Source: Candidatus Pelagibacter sp. (GTDB lineage: Bacteria; Pseudomonadota; Alphaproteobacteria; Paracaedibacterales; CAIOTO01). Taken from it: a stretch of DNA of 64,000 nucleotides. The notes beneath the pieces are model-generated. The model had not been told where the DNA came from. It did not search any database and saw only the letters and a program-made list of their open reading frames with translations. The stretch is from NCBI GenBank assembly GCA_013823725.1, contig PNMQ01000004.1, positions 119,156 through 183,155 of the forward strand. Reading direction: 5' to 3'. Positions 20,611-30,551 of the stretch are shown here, one piece after another. The position numbers were made by a program, and so were the translations under genes. Position 1 is the first letter of the stretch. The number at the start of each line of letters is the position of its first letter.

Positions 20611-21618
20611 TTAAAAAATCGTGTTGATTGCTTCTAAATATTGGCTGTAAAGAAACATTTTACCTTCATCACAATCTTTCATAAGTTTAGGAATATGTGG
20701 GATAGATGCTAGTTTAGGAATTTTTAAGACAACCACATTTTTCCTATCGTTACAAAATATTTCTTGGTGATGATCACATTTTGAACATACAACATATGCC
20801 ATGTTCTCAATATACCCTAGTATTGGAATATTCAGTTTTAAAAACATGTCTTGTGCTTTTACAGCATCTATAACAGCCAGTCTTTGCGGTGTTGTAACTA
20901 AAATAACCCCGTCGATGACTAACTGTTGAATCAAACTTAAATGTATATCTCCCGTACCAGGCGGAGTATCTATAATCAAAACATCCAAATCACCATGATA
21001 CGCCCACTCTACTTCAAATAAAAGCTGCAACAAAGCGCTTTGCGCCATGGGACCACGCCAGATTGTTGCTTTATCAGCACTCACTAAAAAGCTAAGAGAC
21101 ATTAACGCAAGACCATTTTTTTGAATAGGAATTATTTTTTTGTCTGTAGTCACATCGGGTTTCTCAAATGTTCCTGTAAGGGTAGACAGAGATGGGCCAT
21201 AAATATCAGCATCCAATAATCCAACTTTTAGACCCTTTTGCTGCAATCCTAAAGCCAATTGTAAACTGGTAGTAGATTTTCCAACACCACCTTTTCCAGA
21301 TGCCACCAGATAAATTTTTTCAACACCTACTATATCGCGCTTGGATTGTAATTGCTTTTTTTCTAAAACTGGCGCTTTTTTAAAAACTTCATAACCTATC
21401 AGAAGCTCAAAATTATAATCTATTACCCTTTGTATTTTTTCTTCAAATTTAATCTGGTGCTGGTTTGATACAAATGCATTTTCTATTTGAAAAATTAAAT
21501 AAATTTTTTGTTCTAAAATTTTTATAGAACTTAATGTAGGTGGGGTTTGAAAAAATTCTTTCCAAAAATTTGTTTCTGAGAATATATTTAAAATCTTTTG
21601 TTGAATATCTTCAAGCAT
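20611..21618 (-). CDS. Mrp/ApbC/NBP35-family Fe-S cluster carrier ATPase
   Basis: Deviant Walker A SGKGGVGKST plus CxxC (VVCSKCDH). The ATG at 21618 avoids the overlap with fabH that the track start at 21651 would create. Confidence 0.85.
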   Translation of the reverse strand: MLEDIQQKILNIFSETNFWKEFFQTPPTLSSIKILEQKIYLIFQIENAFVSNQHQIKFEEKIQRVIDYNFELLIGYEVFKKAPVLEKKQLQSKRDIVGVEKIYLVASGKGGVGKSTTSLQLALGLQQKGLKVGLLDADIYGPSLSTLTGTFEKPDVTTDKKIIPIQKNGLALMSLSFLVSADKATIWRGPMAQSALLQLLFEVEWAYHGDLDVLIIDTPPGTGDIHLSLIQQLVIDGVILVTTPQRLAVIDAVKAQDMFLKLNIPILGYIENMAYVVCSKCDHHQEIFCNDRKNVVVLKIPKLASIPHIPKLMKDCDEGKMFLYSQYLEAINTIF

Positions 21619-21623
21619 CTTTT

Positions 21624-22613
21624 TTAGATTCTTAAAAGGCTGGCGCCCCACGTAATACCTGCCCCCATGCCTACAATTAATACCGTTGAATTATTTTTCA
21701 GTGTCCTATTTTTTAATGAAACATCCAATGCCAAAGGTATTGATGCAGCAGAAGTATTAGCGTGTACATCAACTGTTACAATTACTTTTTCAGAAGGTAA
21801 ATTGAAGCGGTCTGCTATGCCTTTAATAATTCGTGCGTTGGCTTGATGGGGGATAATGTAGTCAATATCTTCTATGGATATATTATTTTTTTCTAACACA
21901 ACTTCTATTGCTTGCCCCATTTTCAAAATTGCTTTTTTAAAAATCTCTTTTCCATCCATGACAATAGCGCCTTTTTCTTCAGGCGTTTTGATTGTTGGGT
22001 CAACATAAAGTTTGTCGTAACCACAACCATCACTGAACAAATAAGATGTTGCTTTTATTTTTTCATTTACATTGGACTGATTATTGGATGAAACAATAAT
22101 AGCACCTGCACCGTCACCAAAAAGAACACATGTACCGCGATCATTCCAATCCACAATTTTGGTCATATGTTCAGCACCAATTATGGCAATATGTTTGGCT
22201 TGTCCCGATATCACCATGTTTTCTGCCATAGAATAGGCGTAAACAAATCCTGAGCATGCAGCTTGTATATCAAAAACAAAAGCTTTGTCAGCTTTAACAT
22301 TAGCTTGAACACGGGCAGCCGTTGATGGAAATGTGTGATCTGCTGTCGTTGTTGCAACTATAATGGCGTCTAAATCAGTGGCTTTAATTTTGGCATGATC
22401 CAAAGCTTTTATTAAAGACTGAGTCGCCATAAAAGATGTTGTTTCTTCAGATGACGACTTATGTCTTTGAGTTATCCCTGATCTTGTTCTAATCCATTCA
22501 TCTGAAGTATCAAGATGAGCAGGTAGATCAATATTTTTAATAACATGCTGTGGCAAATAACTACCACTGCCTAAAAATATTAAAGGAAAAGAATTTGAGT
22601 TAGAATAATCCAT
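21624..22613 (-). CDS. fabH: 3-oxoacyl-ACP synthase III
   Basis: Active-site AACSGF, plus the HQAN and GAGITWG motifs. Confidence 0.9.
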   Translation of the reverse strand: MDYSNSNSFPLIFLGSGSYLPQHVIKNIDLPAHLDTSDEWIRTRSGITQRHKSSSEETTSFMATQSLIKALDHAKIKATDLDAIIVATTTADHTFPSTAARVQANVKADKAFVFDIQAACSGFVYAYSMAENMVISGQAKHIAIIGAEHMTKIVDWNDRGTCVLFGDGAGAIIVSSNNQSNVNEKIKATSYLFSDGCGYDKLYVDPTIKTPEEKGAIVMDGKEIFKKAILKMGQAIEVVLEKNNISIEDIDYIIPHQANARIIKGIADRFNLPSEKVIVTVDVHANTSAASIPLALDVSLKNRTLKNNSTVLIVGMGAGITWGASLLRI

Positions 22614-22622
22614 GGGCCAACT

Positions 22623-24740
22623 TTATTCTGCTGGAGTTTCTGTGGCTTGTTCTTCCATTGCTCTTTTAAGGCTTAGTTTAACCTTACCTCTTTCGTCAAC
22701 TTCCAAAACTTTTACTTTAATAACATCTCCAACGTTAACTACATCGGTTACTTTTGCAACACGTTGTGAGGCTAATTCACTAATATGAACCAAACCATCG
22801 CGTGAAGGCATAAAGGTTACAAATGCTCCAAATTCAGCAATCTTTACAACTGTTCCTGTATAAATTGCTCCTATTTCTGGATCGCCTGCTATACCCATAA
22901 TAATATCAACGGCTTTTTGCATTTTTTCATGATTTGGCGCAGAAACAGTTACAGCACCAGTATCTTCTATTTCGACTTTAGCTCCTGTTGTTTCACAAAT
23001 TTCACGTATAACTTTTCCACCAGAACCAATAACATCACGAATTTTATCTTTATTAATGATAAATGTTGTCATCTTTGGTGCATTTTTATTAAGCTCAGCT
23101 CTGGAGGCATCTAATGCTTTTGCCATTTCACCCAAAATATGGACTCTGCCCTTTTGCGCTTGGCTTAAAGCTTGTTTCATAATTTCAGGTGTTATACTGG
23201 TAATTTTAATATCCATTTGTAAAGCTGTAATTCCTTTTGCAGAACCTGCAACTTTAAAATCCATATCACCAAGATAATCTTCATCTCCCAAAATATCGGA
23301 AAGAATTGCAAATTTATCGCCTTCTTTAACAAGACCCATGGCAATACCTGCAATCGGACTTACAAGTGGCACACCAGCATCCATCATCGATAATGAAGCA
23401 CCGCAAACAGTTGCCATTGAAGACGATCCATTAGATTCAGTAACCTCTGATACAGTTCTTAACACATATGGGAATGCCTCTTTACTTGGAACCATAGAAT
23501 TCAAAGATCTCCATGCTAATTTACCATGTCCAATTTCTCTACGACCTGGACCTGACATACGGCCACATTCACCAACAGAATATGGAGGGAAATTATAATG
23601 AAGCATGAAACGTTCTTTAAATTCTCCATCCAGAGAATCAATCGTTTGCTCATCCTGCCCTGTTCCAAGTGTAGTCACGACCAAAGCTTGAGTTTCACCA
23701 CGTGTAAATAAGGCACTACCGTGTGCTTTTGGCAGGACCCCTACTTCACATACAATCGGGCGAATCTGGTCTAATTTACGGCCATCTACGCGTTGACTTT
23801 TATCTAAAATAGCTGAACGCAAAGCGTGATATTTCACATCTTCATAAGCTGTCAAAATCAAACTTTCTTGATCTGGATATGAAGCCAACATTTTTTCAAG
23901 AATTTTTTCTTGAAGACTATCTAAAGCAATATAACGATCTTGTTTTGTTTGAATTGTATAAGCCGAATCTATGGCGCCACCAAATTCTTTTTGTATAGTT
24001 TGCTGAATTTCTACTTTTATTGTATTTTCTGGTTTTAGCGCCCATGCATCTTTACCAGCGTCTTTTTTTAATTTTTCAATAGCCTCAATAACAGCTGCAA
24101 AACTTTTAGAACCAAAAACAACAGCGTCTAACATGATTTCTTCAGAAAGCTCGCTTGCCTCAGATTCAACCATCAATACACCATCTTTAGTTCCAGCAAC
24201 AACAAGATCTAATTTTGATTGCGCAAGCTGTTCATGTGTTGGCTGCAAAATCAACTGACCATCAACATAGCCAACTCGAGCAGCAGATAATGGACCTTGA
24301 AAAGGTATTCCTGAAAGACTTAAAGCAGCCGATGCACCAATAATTGAAGCAATATCAGAATCTGCATCAGAATCATAACTGAGGACCGTACAGACAACCT
24401 GAACCTCATTTTTAAAACCTTCAGGAAATAAAGGACGAATTGGTCGGTCAATCAAGCGAGAGGTTAATACTTCTTTTTCTGAAGGCTTACCTTCACGTTT
24501 AAAGAAACCACCTGGGATTTTACCAATTGCAAATGCTTTTTCAATATAATGAACACTCAATGGAAAAAAGCCAGCATTTGCATTAGCTTGCTTGACTGCA
24601 GCCACAGTACACAAAACAACCGTTTCTCCATACCTTACAACAACAGCACCTTCTGCTTGTCTTGCCATCTTACCTGTTTCAATAGTAAGAGGTTTACCAG
24701 CAAAATCTATTGTTTGTGAATGTATTTTAAAAAATTCCAT
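22623..24740 (-). CDS. pnp: Polyribonucleotide nucleotidyltransferase (PNPase)
   Basis: Two RNase PH domains followed by KH ([10 protein letters not shown]) and S1 ([13 protein letters not shown]) domains. Length 705 aa. Confidence 0.97.
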   Translation of the reverse strand: MEFFKIHSQTIDFAGKPLTIETGKMARQAEGAVVVRYGETVVLCTVAAVKQANANAGFFPLSVHYIEKAFAIGKIPGGFFKREGKPSEKEVLTSRLIDRPIRPLFPEGFKNEVQVVCTVLSYDSDADSDIASIIGASAALSLSGIPFQGPLSAARVGYVDGQLILQPTHEQLAQSKLDLVVAGTKDGVLMVESEASELSEEIMLDAVVFGSKSFAAVIEAIEKLKKDAGKDAWALKPENTIKVEIQQTIQKEFGGAIDSAYTIQTKQDRYIALDSLQEKILEKMLASYPDQESLILTAYEDVKYHALRSAILDKSQRVDGRKLDQIRPIVCEVGVLPKAHGSALFTRGETQALVVTTLGTGQDEQTIDSLDGEFKERFMLHYNFPPYSVGECGRMSGPGRREIGHGKLAWRSLNSMVPSKEAFPYVLRTVSEVTESNGSSSMATVCGASLSMMDAGVPLVSPIAGIAMGLVKEGDKFAILSDILGDEDYLGDMDFKVAGSAKGITALQMDIKITSITPEIMKQALSQAQKGRVHILGEMAKALDASRAELNKNAPKMTTFIINKDKIRDVIGSGGKVIREICETTGAKVEIEDTGAVTVSAPNHEKMQKAVDIIMGIAGDPEIGAIYTGTVVKIAEFGAFVTFMPSRDGLVHISELASQRVAKVTDVVNVGDVIKVKVLEVDERGKVKLSLKRAMEEQATETPAE

Positions 24741-25068
24741 AAAACCTATAACTTTCTTTTATTTTTTGCGCTGTGTGTCAAAAAAAACAGATAAAATATT
24801 TTTTAACAAGCAAGCATTGTGAATAAGAACAAAAATGAACTCGTTACTTAACAGTATAAATTAAATCTATGAATTAATGAAGTCAAAAGATAAAAAAACC
24901 AGGAAATATGTTAACCGTAATTTCAAAAAGTGATTCAAAAAAAAATGAATTTCAGTAGATATAATGCTGTTTTTTGAGATCTATATCAATATTGATTTCT
25001 ATGAATAAAATCATTTATTATTACATTTCAAGGATCGTTCCTTAATTTTAAAACATTTTAGCCCAGGC

Positions 25069-25842
25069 ATGAATCAAAAATCACAACCAGACATAGCAGA
25101 ATCGTCATACACTGAAAACTATATTCTTGGTGGGCGCGTCCTTTTACGCCAGCCCAAAAAAGGGTTTAGAGCCTCTATTGACTCAGTTTTTTTAGCTGCA
25201 GCAGTGCCAGCCATGGACAACGAAACAGTTTTAGATGTTGGAAGTGGCGTCGGCACAGCAGCACTTTGCCTTGCAACAAGAGTGAATAATGTCAAAGTAA
25301 GCGCCATAGAAATATTAAAAGAAAATGTTAAATATGCTGCTGAAAATATCAAACTTAATCAGATGCAAAATCGTGTTGAAATATTACACGGGAACCTTAC
25401 TAAAGCACCACCCCGATTAGCAGCAGGTACATTTTCCCATGTTATGGCCAATCCACCTTTTTTTGACGCAAACGAAGGAAGACTTTCGCCCATAGAGCAA
25501 AAAAAAATGGGTAATCATGAAATTTCAGCTGATTTTGAACAATGGGCCAAATTTTGCTATCTGATGGTGCGCCCTAAAGGCACCATTACTTTTATTCACA
25601 GAGCCGATCGTTTAGATCAAATTCTCTCTTATTTTTATGGCAAATTAGGAGATATCAATGTATACCCATTATGGCCTATGAAAGCTCGCCAAGCAAAGCG
25701 CGTGATTGTTCAAGGTGTGCGAAACTCCATGGGAACTATGACATTATCGCCAGGCATGATACTACACCATGAAGACAACGGATCATTTACGATAGAAGCA
25801 GAAAATATTTTAAGACATGCAAAAGGTTTGAATTTACAATAA
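25069..25842 (+). CDS. SAM-dependent N6-adenine methyltransferase, tRNA1(Val) m6A37 (YfiC/TrmN6)-like
   Basis: SAM motif LDVGSGVGTAAL and the catalytic NPPF motif (MANPPFF). Confidence 0.65.
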   Translation: MNQKSQPDIAESSYTENYILGGRVLLRQPKKGFRASIDSVFLAAAVPAMDNETVLDVGSGVGTAALCLATRVNNVKVSAIEILKENVKYAAENIKLNQMQNRVEILHGNLTKAPPRLAAGTFSHVMANPPFFDANEGRLSPIEQKKMGNHEISADFEQWAKFCYLMVRPKGTITFIHRADRLDQILSYFYGKLGDINVYPLWPMKARQAKRVIVQGVRNSMGTMTLSPGMILHHEDNGSFTIEAENILRHAKGLNLQ

Positions 25843-25892
25843 TATTATTTTTAACTTATAATATAAAATATCATTGCATCAAAATTAGCCCA

Positions 25893-26435
25893 ATGAAAAC
25901 ATTCATTCAAAACCTAGCCGTCCTTACCCTTTCGTTTGCAACATCTTTTTCTTCAAATTGGACCGGAGAATTTGAACTTAAAAACGGATATAAAATTATT
26001 AAAAATTCAGAATTTATAATAATCGAAAAACCTGCATTAAGTCATGATGAATCCACTACAAGTAATGATACTTTTAGCACTGTTAAAATGAAGCCAAAAT
26101 CACAATTAGGCAGCCTTACTTTAAGAGATTTTCTTTACTTAGATATGAATCTAACAGAAAATGCGTTTGTGCGTGCGTTAATTGATTCTGGATCATACGA
26201 ACCTACAGAAGAACAAATGAATGATTACCAAAACAGTGCTCAATGGTCAGAAAAATTCACTTTAGACACTTGCACTATTTCTCACTCTCCCCAAAGAGTT
26301 GCTGTCCACATTACCAATATAGGGAAATTAGTTTCTGCAAAAAACTATTTCCTTATAGGAATTTTATTAAGAACTCATTCAACACAAGAAGAATTTGCAA
26401 GAAATATCGAGATACTTCGAGGGCTTCGATTATAA
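25893..26435 (+). CDS. Hypothetical secreted protein (ORFan)
   Basis: 180-aa ORF with a signal-like N-terminus (MKTFIQNLAVLTLSFATSFS). No motif recognised. Confidence 0.45.
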   Translation: MKTFIQNLAVLTLSFATSFSSNWTGEFELKNGYKIIKNSEFIIIEKPALSHDESTTSNDTFSTVKMKPKSQLGSLTLRDFLYLDMNLTENAFVRALIDSGSYEPTEEQMNDYQNSAQWSEKFTLDTCTISHSPQRVAVHITNIGKLVSAKNYFLIGILLRTHSTQEEFARNIEILRGLRL

Positions 26436-26605
26436 ACAAATGAAAGCATTTTCTTATTACTTCCAGAAAGCAAACAGTTTTGCTATGAGCCGATTCTTGC
26501 TGTTGCACAATATCTTACTCACAGAATATTAAAATTTTTGAAACATCATAAAACGCTTTAAATTTACATAAAATTTATTCTAAACTTTAAATATTAGCTA
26601 TTTTT

Positions 26606-29086
26606 TTGATCGTTATGATCCATAATTCATTTTTTTTTATTTTCTTAATTGTATTGATAGTTTGCTTATTTGCAGCATCAATCCTTCTTTATATCCTTTT
26701 CACAAAAGAAAAAGAACAAAACCGGCACATCATTAATAACATTCATCATATTCAACTTATTACCAAATCTTTTCATACACCTTGGTGCTATTGGGATATA
26801 GGTGATTTATATATCCATACATCCCAAAGTTTTAAAAAAATTTTCCGTTTTGATGTGTTATCCCATGTTAAACTTTCTGATTTTATGAGCTTAATGGGTG
26901 ATTCCGCACACTCACCTTTTCAAAGATCTATGCAACACATCAAAGAATATGGTGGAAGTTTTAGCCTGGAACTTGGGATTTTTGAAAACAATAAACAAAT
27001 AGAAGTGCATGGCCTCGTTATAGAAAGTCCCTATTTGATTGACGGTAAAAGAAAAAAAACGATCATACTCAATATTATAGACTTTACGCAAAAAAATATT
27101 GCTCAAGAAAAAATAGAAATGGTGAACTCTAAACTTCGCCACGAGATTAATATTTTTAGAAAAATGCTTGATGCATCTCCTATTGCGTTATGGTATAGAC
27201 ATTCTTCTGGACGAATTCATTTCTGCAACAAAGCATTTGCAGATATTTTAGGCACATCCATTCACAAAGCTATTGCTGAAAACAGAGAATTGATCGATCG
27301 TTTTGGAGAAACCCGCACATACGATTTGTCTCGAAAAGCCTTAACTGCAAATGAAAAATTGACTATCCGTTCACACATCGTTGTGAATGGACAAAGAAGA
27401 TATTTAGAAATATCTGAAAATCCTTTTATTGAAATGGGAGATACCATCGGATATGCAACGGATATCACAGACTTAGAAAACATCGGAAAAGATTTAGACT
27501 TAATAACAAGATCACAAAAAGAAATCTTAAACCATTTATCATCTCCTGTTGCGATTTATGGTCCTGATACACGCATGATTTTCTTCAACAATTCATACGT
27601 CAAAATGTTCAAACAAGATGAAAGTTGGCTATTAACACAACCGCTTCTCAGTGAAATTATGGATCATTTACGAGAGATTCGCAAAATACCTGAATACTCT
27701 GATTTCAAAGCTCACAAAGAAGGAAGAATCCGACTTTTCAACAGTCTTTTAGAGCCCATTCACGAGATTATGCATCAACCCGATGGAACCATCTGTAGAT
27801 TAGTTATTGCACCAACCCCTTCTGGAGGTTTGGTCTATATTTTTGACAACATCACAGATAGCTTGTCTTTAGAGCGTAGATTCAACACACTCATAGCTGT
27901 TCAAAGAGAAACTATTGACCATCTTTATGAAGGCATTGTTGTATTTGGAACAGATTATAAGTTACGTTTTTCAAACCCTTCTATGCGAAAAATATGGGAT
28001 ATCAATCACGATGTCTATGCTGAAGATACTCACTTGAATGAGGTAATAAAATCAATTTCACACCATTTCAAAAGCACGCAATCCAGCAAAGCCTGGCAAA
28101 CAAAAATTTTAGATATGATTGCCCGTCGACATTCACAACATCACCGACTACAACTTAAAAAAGACAAACTAATAGAATGTAATTATGTACCCCTACCTGA
28201 TGGAAGTCATTTGCTAAGTTTTGTTGATATCAGCGACACATGGAAATTTGAACAAAGCTTAAAACAAAGGAATCAGACTTTAGAAAATGAAGATAGACTT
28301 AAATCTAACTTCCTATCTCATGTATCTTATGAACTTCAAGCTCCTTTAAATAACATCATTGGATTTAGTGAAATATTGGTCAATCAATATTTTGGAGATC
28401 TTAATGAAAAGCAAATGGATTACAGCAAAAACATATATGAATGTGCCGAAAAATTGTCAAACTTAATCAATGATGTTTTAGATTTAGCAAGCATCCAGGC
28501 TGGAACATTCACTTTAGAGTATCAAGAAATTCTTGTTGATCAATTGCTTAATAGCGTTTTAGTGTTTATTCAAAACAGGGCACATGATCACGGACTTGAA
28601 ATAAACATTGAAAATTTTGTTGAAGGTAAAATTATATATGTTGATTCAAGACGCATAAGACATGCACTCTTTAACATACTTTCCAATGCTATTAAATACA
28701 CTCCAAGTGGCGGAAAAATTACTATTCAGGCCAAAATATCTGAAGACTGTAATATGCTTGATATTTCTATTAAGGATACTGTTCATGGAAACACAGATGC
28801 AGAACTGAGAAATTTTTCATCGATATTTCAAGATCTTTTAGATGATGATTCAGAAGAAACTTTAAAAAATGCTTCAACCATAAACGGAATAACAGAAATT
28901 AAATCTGAAATTCTGCCTCACGAAGAAGATACATCTGATGATAATAATTCTGATTCTCCAAGACTTGGTCTTGACCTAGTTCGAAGAATTATCGACTTGC
29001 ATGGAGGACATATTTCCATTCAAACGCAAGAACATGAAGGAACCACCATTGTATGTTCTGTTCCTGTTGCACCAGAAGCTGCATAA
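26606..29086 (+). CDS. divL: Membrane-anchored multi-PAS sensor kinase-like protein, DivL-type (Tyr in place of phospho-acceptor His)
   Basis: N-terminal TM segment, a long PAS-rich region, and a DHp H-box NFLSHVSYELQAPLNNIIGFSE with Tyr575 (TAT, 28328-28330). The N-box LSNAIKYTPSGG is present, the G1 box is degenerate (DTVHG), and the G2 region reads RLGLDLVRRIIDLHGG. The track start is a TTG at 26606; the ATG at 26615 is more likely. Confidence 0.6.
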   Translation: MIVMIHNSFFFIFLIVLIVCLFAASILLYILFTKEKEQNRHIINNIHHIQLITKSFHTPWCYWDIGDLYIHTSQSFKKIFRFDVLSHVKLSDFMSLMGDSAHSPFQRSMQHIKEYGGSFSLELGIFENNKQIEVHGLVIESPYLIDGKRKKTIILNIIDFTQKNIAQEKIEMVNSKLRHEINIFRKMLDASPIALWYRHSSGRIHFCNKAFADILGTSIHKAIAENRELIDRFGETRTYDLSRKALTANEKLTIRSHIVVNGQRRYLEISENPFIEMGDTIGYATDITDLENIGKDLDLITRSQKEILNHLSSPVAIYGPDTRMIFFNNSYVKMFKQDESWLLTQPLLSEIMDHLREIRKIPEYSDFKAHKEGRIRLFNSLLEPIHEIMHQPDGTICRLVIAPTPSGGLVYIFDNITDSLSLERRFNTLIAVQRETIDHLYEGIVVFGTDYKLRFSNPSMRKIWDINHDVYAEDTHLNEVIKSISHHFKSTQSSKAWQTKILDMIARRHSQHHRLQLKKDKLIECNYVPLPDGSHLLSFVDISDTWKFEQSLKQRNQTLENEDRLKSNFLSHVSYELQAPLNNIIGFSEILVNQYFGDLNEKQMDYSKNIYECAEKLSNLINDVLDLASIQAGTFTLEYQEILVDQLLNSVLVFIQNRAHDHGLEINIENFVEGKIIYVDSRRIRHALFNILSNAIKYTPSGGKITIQAKISEDCNMLDISIKDTVHGNTDAELRNFSSIFQDLLDDDSEETLKNASTINGITEIKSEILPHEEDTSDDNNSDSPRLGLDLVRRIIDLHGGHISIQTQEHEGTTIVCSVPVAPEAA

Positions 29087-29165
29087 TTAAAAATACATTA
29101 AGTTTTAATTAATCTTTGAAATTCATAATAAGGCTAACCTTAATCAAATTTCATGGATTTTTCTT

Positions 29166-30551
29166 TTGAAAAAGAATTTGAATTTTCTTCTTTTAATATT
29201 CGAAATTCACACCATACTCGTTTTATATTCTTTTTCTGGCCACCATGCTTTTTCTACAGGCAATACTCAAACATCTATATCGACACCATCCCAGCAAGAA
29301 AAACAACAGTGCGACTATACAAAACTAAAATTACCGCCTGATTGTGCGATCAAAACTGATAGTCCTATAGAATATCCATTTATCATGGTTGAGTGCTCAA
29401 ACATTTTTAGTGAATCCGAATGGTGTAAAAAAAATGCACAATCTCCTGCATGCAAACCCAAGAAAACAAAGATTTTCTCTACAGCTTGTAAACCCAATGG
29501 AGCATTTAAAGATAACATTGCCTTTTCTAATATATTTGGAAAACTTTTAGGTTTTAACGTTCCTGATGGATGTGAATCTCCTCGTTTTGAAAATGGCTAC
29601 ATTGTTTTAGAATGCCTAAATTCAAAAGACCTTAACTCTAAAGAAGTGCTAAAAACACCTTTGTTTTTTAGCCCTTTCTTTAAATTTAAACATACCCCTT
29701 ATTTTTTAAGCCTTGAAAACGGTCTCAAACAAATTTACATACCTGAAAGATGTACCCTTCAGGATTTAATTTATGAAAAAGACAAATTATCATTTTCATG
29801 TGCTGACAAAGAAAAAAACGTTAAACAGCATACAATAACTGTTGATTTAGAAAATAGAAAATCGAGCTTGGTTACAACTTTTTTTGAAAAAATAACAAAA
29901 GATATTATCACTGTCTGGCATCCTTATGAATGTCTTGTTATGAAACATCACAACAATTCTGATCTTTATATTAATTGTGAACCCGATCAAAATATAGATT
30001 TGAAAACCAACAATCCTGATGGTCTTTTAAAAGAAAGAAATTTTTTTCAACTTTTCACGTCTGAAAATACAAAACAACTTCTTGTAACGAAATCACAAGG
30101 AAATAATTATCGTTTTTGGGATATTCCTTCTAGTTGTAATGCTGCATCAGCAGTTTTTGATAATGAAAAACTAACGATTACATGCATGAAAACATCATCT
30201 GAATTTAATCGGGAAGGTTTAACAGAATCTCTTGATATATCAATCCCTCCATCTTCCTCGACACAAAATGTATGTCATCTTCGTCAAATCGAGGACCATC
30301 AAAAACAAATGAAATTAACAGCTCCCTGCAACAAAGGAGCTTTATCACACATGCTTCCTCAAAAATGTTTAGCAAAACATATGAAATTAGAAAATAATTC
30401 TCTAACGGTATCCTGTTATGACAAAAATATGGTTCTTGTTCAAAATATCGTACCTATTATTTGTGATTGTTTAGGCAATCCTATCAACACCATCTTCACA
30501 TCTGATGAAAGTGGAATGTTAATTTCAAAAAATAAAGCGGATCCTTCATGA
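29166..30551 (+). CDS. Secreted cysteine-repeat protein (about 7 paired-Cys modules), ORFan
   Basis: TTG start and a signal peptide (MKKNLNFLLLIFEIHTILVLYSFSGHHAFS). Repeated modules of the form P-x-x-C-x(14-18)-C are present, e.g. VPDGCESPRFENGYIVLEC, IPERCTLQDLIYEKDKLSFSC, IPSSCNAASAVFDNEKLTITC and LPQKCLAKHMKLENNSLTVSC. Confidence 0.6.
   Translation: MKKNLNFLLLIFEIHTILVLYSFSGHHAFSTGNTQTSISTPSQQEKQQCDYTKLKLPPDCAIKTDSPIEYPFIMVECSNIFSESEWCKKNAQSPACKPKKTKIFSTACKPNGAFKDNIAFSNIFGKLLGFNVPDGCESPRFENGYIVLECLNSKDLNSKEVLKTPLFFSPFFKFKHTPYFLSLENGLKQIYIPERCTLQDLIYEKDKLSFSCADKEKNVKQHTITVDLENRKSSLVTTFFEKITKDIITVWHPYECLVMKHHNNSDLYINCEPDQNIDLKTNNPDGLLKERNFFQLFTSENTKQLLVTKSQGNNYRFWDIPSSCNAASAVFDNEKLTITCMKTSSEFNREGLTESLDISIPPSSSTQNVCHLRQIEDHQKQMKLTAPCNKGALSHMLPQKCLAKHMKLENNSLTVSCYDKNMVLVQNIVPIICDCLGNPINTIFTSDESGMLISKNKADPS

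Noticed and set aside
29153-29341. A 62-aa ORF starting at the ATG at 29153, as an alternative start region for the Cys-repeat gene.
   Set aside because: It is in a different frame from the 461-aa ORF and terminates early. The TTG-initiated frame yields a canonical signal peptide and the full repeat protein.
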